NCBI RefSeq assembly: GCF_001194135.2
Contig: NC_068987.1
Coordinates: 72,063,420-72,119,977 of the forward strand
Direction of reading: 5' to 3'
Source: Octopus bimaculoides
Lineage: Eukaryota
Length of the DNA: 56,558 nt
Shown here: one piece after another, positions 1 to 11,165 of the stretch
Numbering within the stretch: position 1 is the first letter of the stretch
How the letters are laid out: each line of letters starts with the position of its first letter
Made by a program: the position numbers and the translations under genes
The notes under the pieces: model-generated
Told to the model about the DNA's origin: nothing
Databases searched by the model: none
Seen by the model: the letters and a program-made list of their open reading frames with translations, nothing else

Positions 1-33
<33 letters not shown>

Positions 34-34
34 A

Positions 35-123
<89 letters not shown>
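1..123. repeat. (TA)n followed by (TAA)n microsatellite
   Basis: Direct reading of the sequence. Confidence 0.99.
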
Positions 124-126
<3 letters not shown>

Positions 127-789
127 ACAACAATAGAAGTTAACAGACTTAACAGTAGATCACGACGTACGTTTCTGCACCATACATTAGTTTTAAGTTG
201 CCTGGTTCGTATTCACATAGCATTATGTAAGATTATTCTTAATAATTACTATGTATTTGAATATTATTCAACAACAGCTGTCCGGAGGGCTCTTCATCGG
301 GTGAAGTACGTGTGTGTAGGTATATATATTTTTAGTCTGTTTTTAGTTTAATAGCTATTTCTTGTGCTTTAATGTATGGTGTACGTTAGATTTTTCCGAA
401 AAGTGTCCGTGATAGAAAGATCAGCTTTCTAAATGCGCAACTACATCTCGTACATATTTCGACTTTATCTGATGAAACATGGATATATTTGTAATTCAAT
501 TTACTGTTAATTTTTAGCGTTATGCAAATCATACGTTACATTTAAAGATCATAAATATGATGAAAGCTATCTGACGCCTTACATGCATACATATGTGTGG
601 GTGTATGTGTATCTCTGTGTGTGTGTCTGTGTCTGTATCTGTGCCATATACACGTGAGCGCATACGGCATGCATAAAAACTTGTGCGTGTGCTGCACGTG
701 TTTCCTGTTTAAGTGTATGTATATGTTTGCGAAAAATAACGCAACGTTAAATAAAGATATCTTATGATATATAGTTCCGAATTAGTTAC

Positions 790-950
790 TTCCCTTTTTG
801 CCAAGATCGACTTTACTATTATCTATCACTAGATTGATAAAATAAGTACCAGACCAAATTCCAATGTCGATATAACCGAATAAACCTCTGAAAGACGGTT
901 CCTAGCGTGGCTGCAGGCGAATGACTGCAATCAGTAAGAGATCAAAAGAA
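790..950 (+). mobile_element. Degenerate SINE fragment: family-B central domain joined to a family-A 3' tail
   Basis: gatcgacttt...gataaaataagtaccag...gtcgatataaccga matches family B; gcgtggctgcaggcgaatgactgcaatcagtaaga matches the family-A tail atggctgcagtcaaatgactgaaacaagtaaaaga. Confidence 0.5.
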
Positions 951-1179
951 TGTGTGTGGTTGGGTATATTAAAAGAAAATTGTTGTAAGTGAAATAACTC
1001 AGAGAGGCCAGTGACACGAATTTGAATAACAAAGACAAATGAAAGTATATTAATTATATAAAAGATAAATTCTTTATTTACTGAAAATATGTTCACTTCC
1101 AGCGAAAGTAAAACAGAGAAGATAAAAAATGCCAAAACCAACTCCGAACGAGAAGAGATGATCTCAAGAATCAAGAATT

Positions 1180-2340
1180 CTTTGGTTGGGTCCAAGAATA
1201 TAGTCCTGCTCTAGATATGAAGGTATATGTTACACCAGGATCTGGTGCAGGGAAAAGATCCGGGCTGGGTGTTAAAAGGGTTAGATGAGCAGCGAACTAA
1301 AAACAAAAAAAAGAGCAAATTTAAGACCAGTCTGAAGCAAGGGAATGATTGTTCATGGAATATGGAAGAGGTGACAATATGTTAACAAAGTAAGCGGAAA
1401 GTGCACAAGATGGACAGTTGAAGCGATATGGTACTAGGATGGAAGGTTAGGAGTAAGGAGCGGACGCAGAAGGTGTGGGGAGATGCGATCAACATCATGG
1501 ACGTAGATGAGGATATTATTGATAATGATCTAGAGATAACTTCGATGCACAAATTGGAAGGCACATGTGGAAATGGGTTTCTAAATTGGTGTTATGGCGA
1601 CAGGAGCAGCGAAAGCATAGAAATTGTGAGTAGAGGATCGAAGATTTAGAGTTACTAGAGCGAGAGGAGGTGGAGTCAAGATAAGATTGCGAGTCAGTTG
1701 GTCTATGGAAAATTGAGAGAGCGTTTATGATAGTCAGTGGTGACAAGAGGCGGAAGGAAATTAATAGAAGTCGAGGAGGAAATGGTGGAATTAAACTCAA
1801 AAACTCTTTGTAAAGGATCGACGAAGAGTTAATGCAGGTAGTAAGTTAAGCATGGGTGAGAGAAGTGACTCCGATACAATCATCGATGTACTTCTCATAC
1901 AATCCAATGAACTGGGCAAAGACTTGGGCCTTGACGTAACTCACAAAGAGGTTTGCATATCTAGGGCTCATCGTAGGACCCATAGCCCACCTAGTGCCCT
2001 GCTAGTAGAATTCATAGTAGAAAGAGCAAGCTCAGCAAGACGGTGCAGAGGTGCTGGGCTCGGAGATAGTGGGGCGATTTAAGAAGTACTTGCGGGCAAG
2101 AATACCATCATCGTGTGAGATGACAGTGTATAGGGATTTAATATCTAGAGTGAAGAGGAATATGAATGACCAGGAGGGAAGGAGCCGTTAAAGAGATGGA
2201 AAGCGTGATTAGAGTCCTGAATGTCCGAGGGAATGGCAATTACTTGGGGCTGGAGAATTCTATAAAGGTATTGGGAAATAAATTGAGGTGTAACAATTGC
2301 AAACGGAGAATATATATATTGGTGGTCGTGATGGTGGTGG
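1180..2340 (-). mobile_element. Penelope-like retroelement, decayed RT core, thumb and linker
   Basis: Minus-strand translation across frameshifts gives ISQYLYRILQPQV..PSDIQDSNHA, FTLDIKSLYTVISHDDGILA, AMGPTMSPRYANLFV, YIDDCIGV (YIDD at 1879-1890), HRPTDSQSYLDSTSS..SSILYSQFLCFR and FPCTRSWCN. These are typical Penelope-like RT and linker motifs. Confidence 0.92.
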
Positions 2341-2454
2341 AGGGGGGGCGACGGCGGCAGCAGCCTCAATAGCATCCTTACAATCGTCACCATAAACAAC
2401 GTTATTCATGTTATTGTCCTCTTCATCGCGATTCGCTCTCTCTTCCAACCCATC

Positions 2455-2506
<52 letters not shown>

Positions 2507-2535
2507 CCATCATCACCATCATCATCATCAACATT
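2455..2535. repeat. (CAT)n microsatellite
   Basis: Direct reading. Confidence 0.97.
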
Positions 2536-2599
2536 ATCATCAATATAAAAGCATCGTTATTTGTTTAGCATTATTTAGTTTACATTTACGTGTCTGTGC

Positions 2600-2672
2600 G
2601 CACGCGCGTGTGTGTGTGTATGTGTGTGTGTGTGTGTGCTTGAGTATGTAACTATAGATGTATATTTCTGTG

Positions 2673-2710
<38 letters not shown>

Positions 2711-3228
2711 TTATATATATACACGTGCTTGCACATATATACGTGTTTATATATATATATATATATATATANNNNNNNNNNNNNNNNNNNNNNNNNNNNN
2801 NNNNNNNNNNNNNNNNNNNNNNNNNNNNNNNNNNNNNNNNNNNNNNNNNNNNNNNNNNNNNNNNNNNNNNNNNNNNNNNNNNNNNNNNNNNNNNNNNNNN
2901 NNNNNNNNNNNNNNNNNNNNNNNNNNNNNNNNNNNNNNNNNNNNNNNNNNNNNNNNNNNNNNNNNNNNNNNNNNNNNNNNNNNNNNNNNNNNNNNNNNNN
3001 NNNNNNNNNNNNNNNNNNNNNNNNNNNNNNNNNNNNNNNNNNNNNNNNNNNNNNNNNNNNNNNNNNNNNNNNNNNNNNNNNNNNNNNNNNNNNNNNNNNN
3101 NNNNNNNNNNNNNNNNNNNNNNNNNNNNNNNNNNTGTGTGTGTGTGTGTGTGTGCGTGTGTGTGTGCGTGTGTGTGTGCGTGTGTGTGTGCGTGTGTGCG
3201 TGCGTGTGTGTGTGCGTGTGTGTGTGTA
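2600..3228. repeat. (TG)n/(TA)n microsatellites flanking an assembly gap
   Basis: Direct reading; the N-run is 2772-3134. Confidence 0.95.
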
Positions 3229-3384
3229 AGCTTTCTATATTTCATTGCTCTCAAAGAACAGAAAAGCCATCAATAAAACCTCTCAGCTACAGCTTCCTAT
3301 TATAGCTTTTTAATTATTCAAACACTTTCGCACTGATTCTTCTTCCTCGAGGTTTTCAAGACATTGTCTCAGAGCCATCACCAT

Positions 3385-3495
3385 CATCTTCATAGTTGCA
3401 ATGATGATGATGATGATCATGATCATGATCATGATGATCATGATGATCATGATGATCATGATGATCATGGTGGTGGTGGCGGTGGTGATGATGAT
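3385..3495. repeat. Compound (ATG)n/(GATCAT)n/(GGT)n simple repeat
   Basis: Direct reading. Confidence 0.9.
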
Positions 3496-3496
3496 A

Positions 3497-3640
3497 AGGG
3501 TTTCAAATTTTAGCACAAGGCTAACAATTTTAGGGTGGGGGTTAAGTCGGATTGCATTTACCTCAGTGCTCAACTGGTACTTATTTTATCGTCCCCGAAA
3601 GGATGAAGAGCAAAGTCGACCTGGTAGAATTTGAACTTAG
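3497..3640 (-). mobile_element. SINE family B, 3' half
   Basis: Reverse complement of the consensus gtcgactttgcctttcatcctttcggggtcgataaaataagtaccagttgagcactgggg seen in about 20 copies in this window. Confidence 0.85.
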
Positions 3641-6600
3641 AAGGGGAGATTTTGCTACTATTTCCAATAGATCGAGGAATCATGTGGAGGCTCCCTCGTT
3701 AACTCGTCTCTAGATTTGTAGGTTCTGGTGTGTAAATGGAGAGATGTTATTTGAGGAATATTTTGTTATTTCTGACAGATAGAGCGACTACGAAGATGTC
3801 CTCAAACACGTTCATTTCACAAAAAAGTTAATATTGGTTTGATCCATAATTTTGTCGTGTCATTACAGCATCTGCAAAGAATATCCCGGAACGGTTTTTC
3901 ATTTCCAGACTTAAACTCAATCCCCATGCCTACGTCATTTGTAAAATTGTAATGCTGCTTCTTCTTATAGCGGCAAATTAGAACACCCTGTGTACTTACC
4001 AAACTGCAGCTAAAGTAACTTGGGTATTGAGTTTTTATGTGTCTTCACCATGGACAGATTGAAGTATCGGAGACACGATACGAACTACTGACTTCTCAAC
4101 ATGTTGTCCAATACTTTATCCACACCACCGTCCATCCTAGCATTCCGAACTGACAAATAACATTCAGTTTACTCCACTTCCATCTTTCCACCTCGTTCTA
4201 ACACCGAATTGTTTCTTGGCAGTCAAGTGACGTTTCCTTCTCAAATTGACACCGAGGGACAAGAAGTGTTGAAATTCGATTCCCACCTTGGTATATAACC
4301 AAATGTAATGCAACGAAGATCTCAAATTGTACCTTCACTTTAACTTGCTACAAAACAGACGTGAATATTATTAAAACCTCGGTTGGACAAAATGATGTAA
4401 TCATTTTATATTTTGCTATCGTGTAAAAGACTTCCTTCTTCTAGAGTTATTCTTTCAATTCATTTTCGTGCGTTACCGACTTAAACTATGTCTCTTTGAC
4501 AGTTGCGTAATAATAACATTGGAGTCCAATTGTGTTAATAGGTGGGTGTTGATGTCGCGAATGTCACACGCCATGACTGATGATAGTTCTCCTTCAACGT
4601 AAACAGCTATAAAAGGTACACAGACTCTACCAGTCTTTCTCTGTCTCTATCTCTATACCTCCTTAGCTGTCGCTTTCTTCGCATTCCTCACACCTTCTCT
4701 CTCTATCTCTTTGTCTATCTACTTGTCTATTTATATGTCTAGTTTTCTCTTACCACTGTATCAATTTGTTGAGGGTTTCTGTGTTATAGTTTTGTTTATG
4801 TATATAAGCGTTTTCATGTATGCAAACAAGTATATTTGTATGACCGAATTTGTGTTGTTATTAACTGCGTATTTGTACGTAAACANNNNNNNNNNNNNNN
4901 NNNNNNNNNNNNNNNNNNNNNNNNNNNNNNNNNNNNNNNNNNNNNNNNNNNNNNNNNNNNNNNNNNNNNNNNNNNNNNNNNNNNNNNNNNNNNNNNNNNN
5001 NNNNNNNNNNNNNNNNNNNNNNNNNNNNNNNNNNNNNNNNNNNNNNNNNNNNNNNNNNNNNNNNNNNNNNNNNNNNNNNNNNNNNNNNNNNNNNNNNNNN
5101 NNNNNNNNNNNNNNNNNNNNNNNNNNNNNNNNNNNNNNNNNNNNNNNNNNNNNNNNNNNNNNNNNNNNNNNNNNNNNNNNNNNNNNNNNNNNNNNNNNNN
5201 NNNNNNNNNNNNNNNNNNNNNNNNNNNNNNNNNNNNNNNNNNNNNNNNNNNNNNNNNNNNNNNNNNNNNNNNNNNNNNNNNNNNNNNNNNNNNNNNNNNN
5301 NNNNNNNNNNNNNNNNNNNNNNNNNNNNNNNNNNNNNNNNNNNNNNNNNNNNNNNNNNNNNNNNNNNNNNNNNNNNNNNNNNNNNNNNNNNNNNNNNNNN
5401 NNNNNNNNNNNNNNNNNNNNNNNNNNNNNNNNNNNNNNNNNNNNNNNNNNNNNNNNNNNNNNNNNNNNNNNNNNNNNNNNNNNNNNNNNNNNNNNNNNNN
5501 NNNNNNNNNNNNNNNNNNNNNNNNNNNNNNNNNNNNNNNNNNNNNNNNNNNNNNNNNNNNNNNNNNNNNNNNNNNNNNNNNNNNNNNNNNNNNNNNNNNN
5601 NNNNNNNNNNNNNNNNNNNNNNNNNNNNNNNNNNNNNNNNNNNNNNNNNNNNNNNNNNNNNNNNNNNNNNNNNNNNNNNNNNNNNNNNNNNNNNNNNNNN
5701 NNNNNNNNNNNNNNNNNNNNNNNNNNNNNNNNNNNNNNNNNNNNNNNNNNNNNNNNNNNNNNNNNNNNNNTATATATATATATATGTTTATAGCAAGATG
5801 TATATAATTACTTGTGTGTTTGTGCGCGTGTGTGTGTGCGTGCGTGTGCGTGCGTGTGTGTGCGTGTGTGTATTCTTAGCTAGGTGTAAATATATGTATA
5901 TAAGTATTTCTCGGTTTTATTACGTTACAGTCAATATAAAAAGAAATTCAGTGTTTGAAACAAGATATTTTTATTTGGTATTTGCAGAATCGTTATCAGA
6001 GATTACCGTAACACTTGTTTGTTGATGGAAACTGTTGAAGAAATAATTTTCATGTGGTAATCCTAAGGAAAAATGATGGGGTTCTTTTTGTTCGTTTTTT
6101 TTTTCTTTTCTTTTTACATTGGCTTCTTAGGGTTCTTTGCCAGATTGGAACTCTCAACATTGCAAGCAAAAGAAATGTTAGATAAAACTGAGCAATGACC
6201 AAGTGTGAATTGAATATACTGCACAAATAAGAATATATTCCTATATTGCGCGTGAGTTTTCTACGTGCATTTGTATGTGCACGTATGGTTACGTTTCCGT
6301 GTGGTGGTATGTGGTGTGTATGTATGTGGGGATGATTTGTGGATTTTTGGAAATCTATAATATAATTGTTATATAAACGGTAACAGCTATTGTTTTAATG
6401 TTTTAGAAGTCATGAGAGTAGGCGGTCTCTATTAACTTTTAGAGGGCGTCTAAGAGTGATGGGAAGAAGAAAAGGAAGTTATATTCAAACCGGAAATCTT
6501 ATCTGTATGTTTCCGATAGAACAGATTCTGCTAAGGGTATTTCCCAACTAAAGTAGTTTCATAGGAATGAAAATATAGCAAAACTTCTCAACCAGAGTCA

Positions 6601-6767
6601 AAGTTGGGATCAACATTTTAATTAAGGAGTTAGCCTCAATCCTTAGGAACTTGAACTTTCTGATAGCATCATGGGATATACCCGCATGCGCTTTACAACG
6701 TTTTATTGATAATCGAATAAACAGGTCTAAATATATCATCTTGAATCGCTTTAGTAAATTAATTAGT

Positions 6768-6930
6768 GGTTGTGTGGTAAGTAGCTTGCTTACCAGCCAC
6801 ATGGCTCCGGGTTCAGTCCCACTGCGTGGCACCTTGGGCAAGCGTCTTCTACTATAGCCTCGGGCCGACCAAAGCCTTGTGAGTGGATTTAGTAACGGAA
6901 ACTGAAAGAAGCCTGTCGTANNNNNNNNNN

Positions 6931-7002
<72 letters not shown>

Positions 7003-7173
7003 CGTGTGTGTACATGTTTGTGTATCTGTGTTTGTTCCCCCAGCATCGCTGGTGTGTTTACGTCCCCGTAACTTAGCGGTTCGGCAAAAGAGACCGATAG
7101 AATAAGTCCTGGGGTCGATTTGCTCGACTAAAGGCAGTGCTCCAGCAAATGACTGAAACAAGTAAAAGAGTAT
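6768..7173 (+). mobile_element. SINE family A (tRNA-like head, CORE-like domain, internal microsatellite, 3' tail)
   Basis: Head tgtgtggtaagtagc...ggttcagtcc (A and B boxes), ggcaccttgggcaag (CORE-like), internal (TA)n(TG)n, tail tgactgaaacaagtaaaaga; homologous to 8786-9168 and 32335-32703. Confidence 0.9.
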
Positions 7174-7959
7174 TACACCACACAAAATATATAATCTACT
7201 TTATGTATATGAAGATAGTTTTGCTGTGGACATTTGATTTGAGTTAACGAAAACATGTGGCGCTTGTGCTTAAAATTTCATTGTGGCTTTCAGGTTTTTA
7301 AAGTTCTTTTTTTTTTATCTTATCTTCTTATAAATTATAAAAAATACAATGAACATCGAACAGCTATGAAGGTCCATCTGAATATAATAAGAATCAAAGG
7401 AGTCCATAGATAGAAAATGATTGAGAACCACTACTCTAGACAAACAATTCTCGAAATCCTCAATAAAATATCGTCTGGTTAGAATTTGAAAGGGAAATGG
7501 GAATAGTGTGGTTAGAATTTGAAAAGGAAATGGGAATAGTTCTGCGAAACGTGTGTCGTTCACTTTTTTTTCTGGAAAAAAATTCATCTTCAAGTAATCT
7601 GTTGTTTAGTATACTAGGGAAGGCGATGTTACCACGCGAAATTGCGAAAATGGTTTTTGTTACTATATGTATCAGTGTCATCGTCGTTGTTGTTCTTTTT
7701 CTTGTTACTGCCGCTGCTACTTCTCATGCTGTCATTGTTCTTATGATTGTTGATGTTATTTATATTACCGTAACAGCAAGATTTTTACTCAAGATAACCA
7801 AAATAGCATGTTTGGATGATAAAATATTATTCTTTGGCTGTTAAAATATTATTCTTTTGGCTGTTAAAATATTATTTTGAATTTTTGTATTGTTTTTCTT
7901 TTTCTTTTTCTTTTTTTTGTTCATGTTCAACATTAATATCTTACTATGTTATTTACATT

Positions 7960-7987
7960 ATTATTATCATTATTGTTGTTGTTGTTG

Positions 7988-8046
<59 letters not shown>

Positions 8047-8047
8047 T
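7960..8047. repeat. (GTT)n/(ATT)n microsatellite
   Basis: Direct reading. Confidence 0.95.
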
Positions 8048-8281
8048 AAGGCGGCGATCTGGCAAAATCGTTAGCACACCGGACGAAATGTTTAGCGGTA
8101 TTTCGTCTGCCGCTACGTTCTGAGTTCAAGTTCCACCGAGGTCGACTTTGCCTTTCATCCTTTCGGGGTCGATTAAATAAGTACCAGTTACGCACTGGGG
8201 TCGATATAATCGACTTAATCCGTTTTGTCTGTCCTTGTTTGTCCTCTCTGTGTGTAGCCACTTGTGAGCAGTAAAGAAATA
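8048..8281 (+). mobile_element. SINE family B, full length, tail variant 1 (tttgtctgtccttgtttgtcc...taaagaaata)
   Basis: Head aaggcggcgatctggcaaaatcgttagc, B-box-like gagttcaagttcc, conserved central domain. Confidence 0.9.
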
Positions 8282-8283
8282 AA

Positions 8284-8473
8284 AATCGTTAGCACACTGG
8301 ACGAAATGGTTAGCGGTATTTCTCCCGTCGCCACGTTCTTACGTTCTGAGTTCAAATTCCGCCGAGGTCGGCTTTGCCTTTCGGGTTCAATAAATTATAA
8401 ATTAATTTCGGGTTCAATAAATACCAGTGTACCCTCACCAAAAATTTCAGGCCTTGTGCCTCCGGTAGAAAGG

Positions 8474-8474
<1 letters not shown>
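8284..8474 (+). mobile_element. SINE family B, tail variant 2 (caggccttgtgcc...gtagaaagg), head-to-tail with the previous copy
   Basis: Homology to other family-B copies; it ends in an (ATT)n run. Confidence 0.85.
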
Positions 8475-8568
<94 letters not shown>

Positions 8569-8626
8569 CATTATTATCATTATTATTATTATTATTATCA
8601 TTATTATTATTATCATTATTATTATT
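8475..8626. repeat. (ATT)n array shared as SINE B tail (+) and Dong-type tail (-)
   Basis: Direct reading. Confidence 0.95.
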
Positions 8627-9700
8627 CAGTAGTTTTATTTTTTTAACGTGCTTTCACTTAACTACCGAGCGCAGCTCTGTGTACCTTGGCTGTGTGCTGT
8701 AGTTTGTTGTGATGCTCTTATAGTTACTGTATTGAAAGTGTTTTACGTAAGATGTGCGGTGCCTAGTAGTGCTATTTTATGTTACTCTTTATTCTTTACT
8801 CTTTTACTTGTTTCAGTCAATTGACTGCAGCCATGCTGGAGCACCGCCTTTAGTCGAGCAAATCGACCCCAGGACTTATTCTTTGGAAGCCTATTACTTA
8901 TTCTATCGGTCTCTTTTGCCGAACCGCTAAGTTACGCGGACGTAAACACACCAGCATCGGTTGTCAAGCGATGTTGGGGGGACAAACACAGACACACAAA
9001 CACACACATATATATATATACATATACATATATACGACGGTCTTCTTTCAGTTTCCGTCTACCAAATCCACTCACAAGGCTTTGGTCGGCCCGAAGCTAT
9101 AGTAGAAGACACTTGCCCAAGGTGCCACGCAGTGGGACTGAACCCGGAACCATGTGGTTGGTAAGCAAATATTTGTTAGTCCTGGTGTTTTTGTTTTGTA
9201 TTTGTCTGAATATTTTTTATTATACCTAATGCGCCCACTATGATAGGAATTGTTTCTGTTTTCAGGTTCCACATTCGAGTTACCTCTATTTCCAGGTCTT
9301 TGTATTTTGAAAGTTTCTCTATTTCTTTTAGAGAAACATTGTCATCTGTTGGTATTGATACATCAATTAGAATGCATTTTCTTACTTGATGATCTCTGAC
9401 AACTATATCTGGCCTATTAGCCTTAATTTCTCTATCTGTGTGTATTGGCATATCCCATAGTATGGTTGCTTTCTCATTTTCTATGACCTTTTCTGGCGTG
9501 TGCCTTTACCATCTTTTTTCTGTTGTTATTTCATAGTGTTGTCATAGCTTCCAGTGTATGTAGGTCTGAAATCTGTTGTGTCTGTGAATATATTCCTTCT
9601 TAGCCAGAACTGGGCAGCCAACTGTTGGTGTTTCATGTCATTCTTTTTGTTCATTGTCCTTTCGAAGGAGAAACTCGAAATATTTTTGTTATTTTGTGTG
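8627..9700 (-). mobile_element. R4/Dong-type RLE non-LTR retrotransposon 3' end, interrupted by a SINE
   Basis: GCPVLAKKEYIHRH..YIHWKL, PEKVIENEKATILWDMPIHTDREIKANRPDIVV..LIDVSIP..KEIEKLSKY..PIIVGALG..PGLTNI. Beyond the SINE it resumes as IALLGTAH.LRKTLSIQ*, then 3'UTR and a (TAA)n tail. Confidence 0.92.
8786..9168 (-). mobile_element. SINE family A inserted into the Dong-type element; first ~25 bp of the head missing
   Basis: Reverse complement of 6768-7173. Confidence 0.92.
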
Positions 9701-9789
9701 CATACGACATGACCTTTCATTCCTCCTTAATCTTCCCTTATCAAGAATCATCTGCTTGTAACCAAGATACCACACGACAATCCTGCATT

Positions 9790-10480
9790 AATTCGACAAA
9801 CGGAGACATTGAGAGCATCCTCTAGTAAGGCCATGCTAACCTTCTCATTTTTAACAGCTGAAAAATTAAGTGCTGCTTATATCAAGAAAACACCACTGAA
9901 CTTTCTTGCTGAGCCTCACAATCATTGAGGATCTCTCCTGGCGAATAGACATCCTTAGCACAGCTAGGGCTACATCCAAAAGACTAGTCCTTCTCTAAAG
10001 AGCCAGAAGTTATTTCAAAGCCCAGCAACTGTTGACGCTGCAAGGATCGAGTGAGTTCCACAATGCAGTAATGCTCCCATATCTTGTACGATGCTGTTGC
10101 AAAGCACATAGACATTCTAGATCGCAACTAGAGAAGGCCAGAGTTTAGTGCATAAGTGGATGCTCTATTCTCTGGCCCTCAAGCATATTGTCTCCTCTCT
10201 CTGTCTTCTCTATCACTGCTAATAATGATCTCTGTTCCTCAGTTCTGGTTGGTTTTGTACCTCTGCCATTCAGGCACCCTAGATTCACACGTCTCTGTAC
10301 TTCTCAAGGTATTTGATGTATTCAACTTTCCCCTTCCCTGTGCAAACCATTACGTCCAATCCTTCATCCCCAGATTATCGTCTTTCTGGAATGACATCCC
10401 CGTTCTTATCATTCCAGCAGGTATTAACCGGCAACAGTTTATACAGAATATTAACAGCATGAATTTCGCCAGCCTCTGAC
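9790..10480 (+). mobile_element. CR1/L2-group LINE, decayed RT C-terminal fragment
   Basis: LTIIEDLSWRIDILSTARATSKRLVLL*RARSYF ... ANHYVQSFIPRLSSFWNDIP..IPAGINRQQFIQNIN. This matches the CR1-like pattern dLsW..HI..skk.g.L.R / SF.PR...WN.LP. Confidence 0.8.
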
Positions 10481-10692
10481 TACCTGCAATTATCGTGGAC
10501 TCTTCACTTTCAAACTCACCAAACAAAAACATAAGCAAATTCCAATCGTACGTTATTGGACAACTCGAAGCTACAGTAGGAAATAGTCGTCAAAGGCCGA
10601 GCACGGTGGAATCAAATCCAAAATCATATGATTTTGAAGTGAGTTTTTTAACCATACAGTCATACCTACGCTTATTACAGAAAAAGCAAAAT

Positions 10693-10759
<67 letters not shown>

Positions 10760-10815
10760 GGATAGATAGATAGATAGATAGATAGATAGAAAGATAGATA
10801 GATAGAAAGATAGAG
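10693..10815. repeat. (GATA)n microsatellite
   Basis: Direct reading. Confidence 0.97.
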
Positions 10816-11023
10816 AGAGAGGGAGAGAAATACATTAATACGTACAAAATAGATATTGGCGACGAAAGCAGTATTGATACCGAGTGGCAATCTTCATATC
10901 CTACTTGATGTGGGTGTGTTGTTAGAACGCTGAATATTGTGGTATTGCACTTGAGAGGTCTTCTCATTTAGACGTATGTGGATAAGAGCACGGACATGTA
11001 TCATAACAGACGAGAAGCATCTT

Positions 11024-11063
11024 CCAGATCACGTGATTTCAGCGTACTGTGCTTCTTCAGTGG
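11024..11063 (-). ncRNA. Minimal type-I hammerhead ribozyme motif, probably from a Penelope-like pLTR remnant
   Basis: Minus strand reads CCA-CUGAAGA-AGC(ACAGUAC)GCU-GAA-AUCACGUGAU-C-UGG. All core nucleotides are present; stem I is 3 bp, stem II is 3 bp, stem III is palindromic, and the cleavage triplet is AUC. Confidence 0.75.
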
Positions 11064-11065
11064 TG

Positions 11066-11165
11066 TATTTATACCCTTTGGTGTGTGATCTAGTGCTTGT
11101 GTCTGTTTATTAGTTTACTTGCCGTGTTCATTGAGAGGGTGGCATTTTTCTGACTTCTCTATTGG
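11066..11165 (-). promoter_or_regulatory. TATA box (TATAAATA, 11073-11066) with an upstream CCAAT (11165-11161), adjacent to the hammerhead
   Basis: Motifs read directly from the sequence; function is inferred. Confidence 0.4.

Noticed and set aside
468-485. CTGATGAAACATGG, resembling a hammerhead lacking stem II
   Set aside because: No stem II and no stem I pairing.
4380-4393. GGTTGGACAAAAT match to the Tc1 TIR
   Set aside because: Only 13 bp, with no partner TIR and no transposase.
4577-4611. CTGATGA...GTAAACAGCTAT hammerhead-like string, with a weak IGDT (YIGET-like) reading near 4063
   Set aside because: GAAA is broken, there is no stem I, and the protein similarity is too weak to support.
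2612-5807. Long ORFs of 200-460 aa here and at the other gaps
   Set aside because: They consist of X from N-runs plus translated microsatellites and have no coding signal.
6548-6760. Minus-strand ORF tail with a faint resemblance to a LINE RT start (KAHAGISHD)
   Set aside because: The similarity is too weak, and the rest of the ORF is SINE and microsatellite.
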